From Candidatus Omnitrophota bacterium (lineage in GTDB: Bacteria; Omnitrophota; JACPQZ01), in contig JACPQZ010000038.1 of NCBI GenBank assembly GCA_016190205.1, positions 4,005-68,004 on the forward strand: a stretch of 64,000 nt of DNA, given 5' to 3'. How positions within the stretch are numbered: the first letter of the stretch is position 1; each line of letters begins with the position of its first letter. Under the pieces are notes generated by a model. The model ran no database searches, had not been told where the DNA came from, and saw only the letters and a list, made by a program, of their open reading frames with translations. This document shows, one piece after another, positions 56,001 through 64,000 of the stretch. A program made the translations under genes and the position numbers.

Positions 56001-57150
56001 AAAACCGTTTCACCGAGGCGACGCGTTTTTGCTCACTTTTCGGAGTCCTATAGACGTTTTTCTGGTTGGCAGCACGAATGCGCATACGCCTTTCTTCTCT
56101 CGCAAGCGGGTTGGCATCGTAGTAGCCTTTCACTCCGGCACGTTGAGCTGCACGGAATTCCTCGTCTTGCCAAAGGGCCTTGGCATGCTGACCGTGCTTT
56201 TCATTATGCTCACGGAAAGAGAGTCGCTCAATGTTATCCGGAGAATTATTGAAACGGTTGAAATCCTTGTGATGTCGAATTCGTCCCGCGCTCCGAAGGT
56301 ACTTGCCCTCATTGATATTAAACTCGTCGGCTAGCCCGTGTACGAACGACCGACTTCCGTCCACTTGCTGGATTCTTAAATAATCGTTCGAGCGCCTCTC
56401 ACGAACAGGAGCAAAATCAAAGTACCCAGCCATCAAACTGTCCTGAGGGGTGAGGTCCACTGCCTGCTTGTAAGCACCGTTTCGCAAAAGAAACAAATGG
56501 TCCGGCGTGCACCGTATGATCTCTCCGTTGTCCAGCAAAACCTGAACGAGTTTTGCCTGCCTGCGGGTCACGCGCGCGTTCCGGGCTCTGCCAATGACAA
56601 TACGGTTGCTTTTATCGACAGAGTAAACATAAAAGTTTGTTCCCTCCGGGAGCCCGGCCAGTTGCTCAAAGGTTTTCACGGAGCCATCGGTCAGTTTTAT
56701 TTTTGTATCACCCGTAAAACAACCAAAATTCCCCTGCCCATCCACCAAGGGATAGCGCAGGCTAAAATCCTGTACCATGCGCACCAGCGCGTCGTACACC
56801 GCCGTGTCCCCATGCGGGTGGTATTTTCCAAGGGTCTCGCCTACGATGCGCGCGCTCTTCTTATACGGCCTGTTAAAATGGAGGCCCAGGTCATCCATGG
56901 CATAGATGATGCGGCGGTGCACAGGCTTCAAGCCATCGCGCACATCCGGGAGGGCCCGCCCGATGATCACGCTCATGGCATAATCAATATAGCTCGTCTT
57001 AACCTCTTCCCCAATGTCACGGTCGACGACCTTTTCATTCAAGGCGTAGGGATTCCTAGGGGCCGCCTTGTCGGGAGCCGCCTGCTCTTCCGGGGGATTC
57101 GGTGGGGTGCCTTTTTCCCCGTCACCGCCCTTGCTCTTCTTACGCGCCAT
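53017..57150 (-). CDS. gyrA: DNA gyrase subunit A, interrupted by a 520-aa intein (mature GyrA about 857 aa)
   Basis: N-extein ...[11 protein letters not shown]...VDGQGNFG, then the intein, then C-extein [17 protein letters not shown]... with conserved GyrA topo-IV domains and C-terminal beta-pinwheel repeats. Confidence 0.9.
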   Translation of the reverse strand: MARKKSKGGDGEKGTPPNPPEEQAAPDKAAPRNPYALNEKVVDRDIGEEVKTSYIDYAMSVIIGRALPDVRDGLKPVHRRIIYAMDDLGLHFNRPYKKSARIVGETLGKYHPHGDTAVYDALVRMVQDFSLRYPLVDGQGNFGCFTGDTKIKLTDGSVKTFEQLAGLPEGTNFYVYSVDKSNRIVIGRARNARVTRRQAKLVQVLLDNGEIIRCTPDHLFLLRNGAYKQAVDLTPQDSLMAGYFDFAPVRERRSNDYLRIQQVDGSRSFVHGLADEFNINEGKYLRSAGRIRHHKDFNRFNNSPDNIERLSFREHNEKHGQHAKALWQDEEFRAAQRAGVKGYYDANPLAREERRMRIRAANQKNVYRTPKSEQKRVASVKRFYKEHPEFRVRMARGAKLRWSEPSFREKMARVLTGLTKKPLDDETRRRVSAIVSKKNFAMWRDPSKRELLREAIQKALSNPLVREKISENSKALWLDASYRAKYKTDHHRRMARILWSAPDTVLKHREKIARQWQEAQFREAQRAGVQKSNRARIQEDSKMMERLSRLAAKSLRERWKSDEYRKRVMRSRIERYLTRLRERVGDAPVTEELFDENRPGAWVPHYRIAVTYFKSPEELSGATGGRNHRIISVRPVEETADVYDITVDEHHNFLLDAGVFVHNSVDGDAAAAMRYTEARLDRITNELLEDLDKKTVDFMPNFDESLQEPTVLPARIPNLLVNGSNGIAVGMATNIPPHNLGEICEGIQAVIANPELGTKELLKTVKGPDFPTGGIIFGRDGIRSAYETGRGRVLVRARASIEELRGNREAIIVTEIPYQVNKATLISAIADLVTGKRLEGISDIRDESDREGMRIVIEIKRDANAQVVLNQLYKHTQMQETFGVIMLALVDNRPRVLSLKQMIEYFIKHREEVITRRTRFLLDQAEQRAHILEGLKIAQANIDKIVKLIRGSKGPEEAKAGLMKDFKLSEIQAKAILELQLQRITQLERHKIEEEYLDVIKRIELYQSILKSRTKVLKLIQEETEEIKKKYNDERRTEILAQAEDFEIEDLIAKEDVVITVSHAGYVKRLPVSVYRKQRRGGKGVTGGKMKEEDFVEHLFVASTHDYMLFFTDKGRVHWVKVFEIPQASRQAKGKAIVNLLELAQGEQITSHMPVKEFAEDHFLVLATEQGVIKKCSLSHFSHPRRGGIIAITLDKGDRLIEASETDGKQEILLATAKGQACRFDEAKVRAMGRGARGVKGVRLAKGDRVIGMCVSQKHATLLTVTAKGRGKRSKFEDYRKTNRGGKGVRNILTGAKNGDAVDAKMVRDEDELMIMSSQGMVVRVAVRDIRVMGRGTQGVKLISLKAGDKVAGVARIQPEEGEEQAEALGNEAVRND
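55162..56721 (-). mobile_element. Intein in gyrA (Cys1 ... His-Asn / Ser+1) carrying an HNH-type endonuclease core and NUMOD-like repeats
   Basis: Block [14 protein letters not shown]. Block [12 protein letters not shown]. Blocks [24 protein letters not shown] followed by S. Central [29 protein letters not shown] (HNH-like). Seven or more degenerate R/K/E-rich repeats (..ALWQDEEFR.., [28 protein letters not shown]...). Confidence 0.8.
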
Positions 57151-57172
57151 GCCTTAGAACCGCCTCTTCCAT

Positions 57173-59656
<2,484 letters not shown>

Positions 59657-59768
59657 CTATCCGAAAGGATTAACTGGCTAGAATGCATCGGATCGGTTGG
59701 CTCCCGGCAGATAGCCACAACCGACTGAGCCCACACCCAAACGCGCAACGAGGCCTTGAAATAGCCCG

Positions 59769-60077
59769 TCATACCCTGCCCAGCCTGAAATGAACAGCGG
59801 TCACCGCTCCCCGGCCCAATGCCCGGGACAATTTCTCCAACAGCGCGACCTTTATCCTTTGGTTGAGATCGTAAAGCCAGGTGGGATGATCCACGTATAC
59901 CAAAAGCTGGCCGTCTTTAATCCGAACCGGCCTACTGTGCCGTGCGGCCCTCCCACCTACCCAGCGCGGCCACTCTCTGAAAACAGAGCTTTCTTTCGAT
60001 TGCCCCTTGACTTCTATTTGCTCGAATACCTTGCCTAATACGTTCCCCAGTCTTGCGGTATCGGCGCTTCGGGTCAT
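59769..60077 (-). CDS. DUF721/DciA-like protein (candidate DnaC/DnaI-independent helicase loader)
   Basis: 102 aa lying between dnaN and gyrB, overlapping the dnaN stop (ATGA). ...VRIKDGQLLVYVDHPTWLYDLNQ... resembles the DUF721 signature. Confidence 0.5.
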   Translation of the reverse strand: MTRSADTARLGNVLGKVFEQIEVKGQSKESSVFREWPRWVGGRAARHSRPVRIKDGQLLVYVDHPTWLYDLNQRIKVALLEKLSRALGRGAVTAVHFRLGRV

Positions 60078-61165
60078 GAGAGTTGCATGGGCATTACAAC
60101 GTAAAGATAGTCATCCCCCGTTCGTATGACGCCGGGCTTCTCGGCATCTTCCAGTTCTAGAGAGATCTCCTCCAGAGCGATATTCTTAAGCGCGTCCATC
60201 AGGAAACCGGGATTAAAGCCCGCGACTACGGCATCCCCTGAATAATGGGCATCCACCTCCTCGCGCGCTTCTCCTACCTCGCCCGACTGCGCCGAAGTCG
60301 TGAGCCGGTTTTTCCCGAGCTCGAGACGAACCGGCTGCGATGAGCCTGCCAGCAAGCTCACACGCTTCACCGCGCTCAAAAAATCTTCCCTTCTGATCTT
60401 TATCTCTTTACCCTTATGCTTCGGGATGACCTGCTCGTAGTTTGGAAACTGCCCCTCGATCAACCGGGAGTATAGTTTTGTCCGGTCGAAGTCGAACCGT
60501 ATCTGGTTTTCCCCGAAGTGCACAACCACGTTTCCGCCCCCGCCCATGTTGCGGTTCAGCTCATGCACCGTTTTTGCCGGGATGATCACTTCTTTCTCCA
60601 GCGCCTCTGGAGAAATCCCTTTTCTCTTAACAACCGATAAACGCCTCCCGTCCGTTGCTACAACCTTTACTTCCCCGCCACAAACTACCATGAGCACACC
60701 GTTCAGGACGTAGCGCGTCTCATCGTGAGAGACAGCAAAGCTCGTGATCGCGAAAAACTCTTTGAGCACTTCTTGAGGAAGCGTTAATATCTCCTGTGTA
60801 TTAAGTTCCGGGGGTTTGGGGAAGTCATCGCTTGGGGTGCCCATAATTTTGAAATAGGCCTTCCCGCATTCTATCTCGACGGTGTTGTTCTTTCTCACAG
60901 TTATCTCTATCTCGCCGTCGGACAACTCCTTTATGATGTCGTAAAACTTGCGGCCCGGAACCGTAATAGACCCTGTCTCCCCCACCTCTGCGTCCATTTC
61001 GGTCTGTATCGCTATCTCAAGGTCTGTCCCGGACCAGTATAATTTTGATTTGTGGGCTTCCAGGTGAATGTTCGAGAGAATGGGAAGGGTGCTCTTGGTA
61101 GCTGTTGCATTAACCACACTCTGCGCGCAACGGATCAGTTCTTGTTTTGGTGCCTTGATTTGCAT
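60074..61165 (-). CDS. dnaN: DNA polymerase III beta sliding clamp
   Basis: 363 aa with a three-domain beta-clamp pattern; N-terminus MQIKAPKQELIRCAQSVVNATATKSTLPILSNIHLEA. Confidence 0.85.
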   Translation of the reverse strand: MQIKAPKQELIRCAQSVVNATATKSTLPILSNIHLEAHKSKLYWSGTDLEIAIQTEMDAEVGETGSITVPGRKFYDIIKELSDGEIEITVRKNNTVEIECGKAYFKIMGTPSDDFPKPPELNTQEILTLPQEVLKEFFAITSFAVSHDETRYVLNGVLMVVCGGEVKVVATDGRRLSVVKRKGISPEALEKEVIIPAKTVHELNRNMGGGGNVVVHFGENQIRFDFDRTKLYSRLIEGQFPNYEQVIPKHKGKEIKIRREDFLSAVKRVSLLAGSSQPVRLELGKNRLTTSAQSGEVGEAREEVDAHYSGDAVVAGFNPGFLMDALKNIALEEISLELEDAEKPGVIRTGDDYLYVVMPMQLS

Positions 61166-61315
61166 TTCACCCTCTTTTACTATTACTTGGTTATTTTACA
61201 GTATAACAGTCTCAGCTAATAGGATTATTTTTAATGTTGATAAGCACATAACTGTTTGGAAACACGATAGATAGGTTGTGTAGAAAATGTGGATAAGTCG
61301 GCGATTTTCCAATAG
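61166..61315. promoter_or_regulatory. Candidate oriC / DnaA-box cluster in the dnaA-dnaN spacer
   Basis: A perfect DnaA box TTATCCACA (as TGTGGATAA at about 61290) plus the AT-rich stretch GGATTATTTTTAATGTTGATAAGCACATAA. Further TTATTCACA and TTTTCCACA boxes lie upstream of dnaA at 62780-62810. Confidence 0.35.
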
Positions 61316-62662
61316 TTATGAGTAGGAATTTACCCCGCGTATTAATGTTGTTAGCCGTGTTACTAACTCGCGCATATTCGGCTTTGTTTTAACCTCGTTG
61401 TTAATTTTGGCGTATGCGTGTAGCACCGTGGCGTGGTCTCTCCCGCCGAAATGCTCCCCAATGGAAGGTAAGGAATGATCTGTCAACTCCCTGGATAAAA
61501 ACATAGCCACCTGGCGCGGATAAGCAATGGAGCGGACGCGCCTTTTGGATACCATATCTTGGAAGCGGACCCCAAAGTAATCAGCAACCCTATGCTGAAT
61601 AAGATCTATGGTCAACTTAGAATCTTCTTCCCTAAACGTGTCCTTGAGTAATTCCTTGGTAAGATCGATTGTGACGGGTGTACTTGTGAGTTCCGCAAAA
61701 GCGGCAACACGTATTAGTGCACCTTCAAGTTCTCTTATATTAGTTTTAATGCGTTGCGCAATATAAGCGGTAACTTCGTGCGGTACAAAAACTTTTCCAC
61801 ACTCACACTTTTTCCTCAAAATAGCCATTCTAGTTTCATAGTCAGGCTGTTGTATATCAGTAATTAAGCCCCACTCAAAGCGCGATACCAAACGTTCTTC
61901 CATAGTTGCAATGTCCTTTGGGGATCTGTCGGAAGACACTACAATCTGCTTGTGCGCGTCATAGAGGGCGTTGAAGGTATGAAAGAATTCCTCCTGGGTA
62001 CTTTCTTTGCCTGCGATAAATTGAATATCGTCGACAAGCAGGACGTCCACCTCCCGGTATTTTTTACGGAACGAGGCCGTGCTTCTTGTTTGGATGGCGC
62101 CGATGAGCTGGTTGGTGAACTGCTCGCTCGAGGTATACACAATGTGGGCTTCCGGGTTCTGCACAGCCACCCTGTGGGCGATGGCCTGCATGAGATGGGT
62201 TTTGCCCAGACCAACCCGTCCATGTATAAAAAGCGGATTGTAGGCCCTTGCCGGAGAGTCAGTGACTGCTACGGCGGCCGCATGTGCAAAGCGGTTATTA
62301 TTTCCGACCACAAAACTGTCAAAAGTATACCTGGGATTGAGCCCGGAGGAGTGAAACGCTTTCTCGTGGATCGGCTTGGGCCGCGGGATGAAAGGGCGTT
62401 GAACCTGCTCGGGGCGCGACTGGTATTCCACCTGGACCGGGGATCCGACCAGTTCGCCTAGGGCGTGCTCGATCGTCTTCTGGTAATGCCCCTTAAGCCA
62501 GTCGGCAAAGAACCGGTTGGGCACGAGCACGGTAGCCTTGTCTTTGTCTATTTCCGAAAGGTGTGTGGGCGTGAACCAGGTTTGGTAGGCTTGCTCATTG
62601 ACAGAGTTGTGGATAAGATCTAGGGCGTCTGACCACAACTTCTCACAAGAAAGCACAGGCAT
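61316..62662 (-). CDS. dnaA: Chromosomal replication initiator DnaA
   Basis: 448 aa with AAA+ Walker A GRVGLGKTHL, sensor motifs and the C-terminal DnaA-box-binding domain (...ELTDHSLPSIGEHFGGRDHATVLHA). Confidence 0.9.
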   Translation of the reverse strand: MPVLSCEKLWSDALDLIHNSVNEQAYQTWFTPTHLSEIDKDKATVLVPNRFFADWLKGHYQKTIEHALGELVGSPVQVEYQSRPEQVQRPFIPRPKPIHEKAFHSSGLNPRYTFDSFVVGNNNRFAHAAAVAVTDSPARAYNPLFIHGRVGLGKTHLMQAIAHRVAVQNPEAHIVYTSSEQFTNQLIGAIQTRSTASFRKKYREVDVLLVDDIQFIAGKESTQEEFFHTFNALYDAHKQIVVSSDRSPKDIATMEERLVSRFEWGLITDIQQPDYETRMAILRKKCECGKVFVPHEVTAYIAQRIKTNIRELEGALIRVAAFAELTSTPVTIDLTKELLKDTFREEDSKLTIDLIQHRVADYFGVRFQDMVSKRRVRSIAYPRQVAMFLSRELTDHSLPSIGEHFGGRDHATVLHAYAKINNEVKTKPNMRELVTRLTTLIRGVNSYS

Positions 62663-62949
62663 GATGCAGGATGAATTACGTTTAAATTACTTATGAACAG
62701 GACGGGTAGGGGATATGAAAAACCAAAAGTTACGTAACGTGTAGTTGTGGCGTAGATTACAGCTCGATAGAGAGCCTAAGAGTGTTCCGCGAAAAGTTTT
62801 CCACATGTTATTCACAAACCAGAACCGAGATCGCCTTCAGTAAGGCTGTATTATATGCAGGCTTGCGCGCGGTGCGCAAGCCTTTTTTACTTTCTGCTCT
62901 AGGTGCGTGTGTTATAATGTGTGCCCACTCGTGTTAAGAGGAAAATTAT

Positions 62950-63096
62950 TTGAAGCGAACCTACCAACCATCCAAAGTAAGGCGGCGAAGAACCCACGGT
63001 TTCCGCAGGCGTATGAGGACTAAGGGCGGGCGGCGGGTCTTGAAATTAAGAAGACGCAAGGGCCGTCAACGACTCACACCTATCTCAAACCTGTGA
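62950..63096 (+). CDS. rpmH: 50S ribosomal protein L34
   Basis: TTG start; translation [48 protein letters not shown] (48 aa). The TATAAT-like -10 at about 62916 precedes it. Too short to be listed in the ORF track. Confidence 0.8.
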   Translation: MKRTYQPSKVRRRRTHGFRRRMRTKGGRRVLKLRRRKGRQRLTPISNL

Positions 63097-63110
63097 AATC
63101 TGTTTTCAAA

Positions 63111-63338
63111 ATGGGCGTAAACAAAGCCTTCCTAGTTTATCGTAACCTATTCTCGCGTTTTATGTTACCGTGTTGCCGATTTGAACCGACCTGTTCGGAA
63201 TACGCGCGAGAAGCCCTCCTTGCGCTTGGGTTTTGGAAGGGGAGCTGGCTTGCCATGCGCCGCATCCTGCGGTGCCAGCCCTTGGCTCGGGCTGGGTATG
63301 ATCCGGTCCCGGTCACCGTTCATAAGGAAAGGCGCTAG
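63111..63338 (+). CDS. yidD: Membrane protein insertion efficiency factor YidD
   Basis: PCCRFEPTCSEYAREAL...RRILRCQPLARAGYDPVP is the YidD signature. The track ORF starts at a GTG at 63093 overlapping the rpmH stop; the ATG at 63111 is more likely. Confidence 0.75.
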   Translation: MGVNKAFLVYRNLFSRFMLPCCRFEPTCSEYAREALLALGFWKGSWLAMRRILRCQPLARAGYDPVPVTVHKERR

Positions 63339-64000
63339 TGGATCAAAAACGACTTTTTCTCGCCGCCTCTCTATCGCTCCTTGTCCTTTTTACCTACTAC
63401 AGCTGGTTTGGACAGCGTTCGAAATACAGTCTGAGCGATGCTCCTCACTTGGACGAGCAGGTCGTTAGGCGCCAAGAGACTCGCGCCCCCATGACGGGGG
63501 CACAGGTCGAATGGACACAGCTGGAGCGCGAGGAATTCAACCTCATTTCCCGGGAGACAAAGTTTTTACACATGGTCTTTAGCCCCTCCACAGCGGATCT
63601 TAAAGCAATTGCCCTTCGTGACTATATTGAAACGGATGCGGACCGTATGGAGCATCTAACCGACCGTGCAGGAAGCCCTGTGGGGACGTTCACGCTTATT
63701 TCTGCGGATGAAGAAGGGGAGCACGAGTGGTCAGGATTCGAGTATCGTCCCAGCGAGGGTGAGGTTATTTTTAGCGGGATGAGGGGGGATCTTAAGGTCA
63801 TTAAGACCTTCGAGTACCACCCGGAGAGCCGTCTCATCTGGGCGACTTTTCGCTTCGAAAATTCCGGAGCGGTGCCGGAAACCCTGGATTACGAAACGAC
63901 CGTTTCTCTAACCGCAGATTTTAGGAACGGTTATGATAAAAAATTTATAGAGGGGACATGGCTTTCTCAAGACCAAGTCAAACATAAGGGGCTGGGCAAT
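63338..64000 (+). CDS. yidC: Membrane protein insertase YidC (N-terminal part; continues beyond the window)
   Basis: GTG start overlapping the yidD stop. N-terminal TM (LFLAASLSLLVLFTYYSWF) then a periplasmic beta-sandwich domain. Not listed in the track because it runs off the end. Confidence 0.55.
   Translation, partial: MDQKRLFLAASLSLLVLFTYYSWFGQRSKYSLSDAPHLDEQVVRRQETRAPMTGAQVEWTQLEREEFNLISRETKFLHMVFSPSTADLKAIALRDYIETDADRMEHLTDRAGSPVGTFTLISADEEGEHEWSGFEYRPSEGEVIFSGMRGDLKVIKTFEYHPESRLIWATFRFENSGAVPETLDYETTVSLTADFRNGYDKKFIEGTWLSQDQVKHKGLGN

Overview
High-GC (~60%) bacterial chromosomal window that ends at the replication-origin neighbourhood. dnaA, dnaN, a DciA-like gene, gyrB and gyrA lie on the minus strand; rpmH, yidD and yidC on the plus strand. 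From 5' to 3' the window contains: (1) a TAT-exported molybdopterin oxidoreductase catalytic subunit with a TorD-like chaperone. (2) System II cytochrome c biogenesis genes (ccsA, ccsB/resB). (3) A large minus-strand cluster in this order: hemA, a monoheme cyt c, a hepta/octaheme cyt c, a 685-aa outer-membrane beta-barrel, a Rieske protein, cytochrome b, a 9-heme cyt c, a NapC/NirT-like 7-heme membrane cytochrome, and an 11-heme cyt c fused to a dihaem-b-type membrane domain (CbcL-like). Two Crp/Fnr regulators and a siroheme nitrite/sulfite reductase sit just upstream. I read this as a candidate quinol-to-outer-membrane (extracellular) electron-transfer system, and it is the most notable content of the window. 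(4) A complete pst/pho locus: porin, pstSCAB, phoU, phoR, phoB, an extra MASE1-PAS kinase, and a divergent secreted metzincin-like protease. (5) Several two-component sensor kinases and regulators with PAS and HAMP accessory proteins. (6) A VIT1 iron transporter, a peroxiredoxin and an AOX-like di-iron protein. (7) A small islet between tRNA-Arg(ACG) and three tandem tRNA-Ser genes (CGA, GCT, TGA). It carries an AbiEi/AbiEii pair, a small K/E-rich ORF and tRNA-3'-end-like repeat units. It is followed by serS, rtcB and archease. (8) gyrA is interrupted by a 520-aa intein with an HNH-type endonuclease core and NUMOD-like repeats. All calls rest on motif recognition in the supplied translations; no database searches were run.
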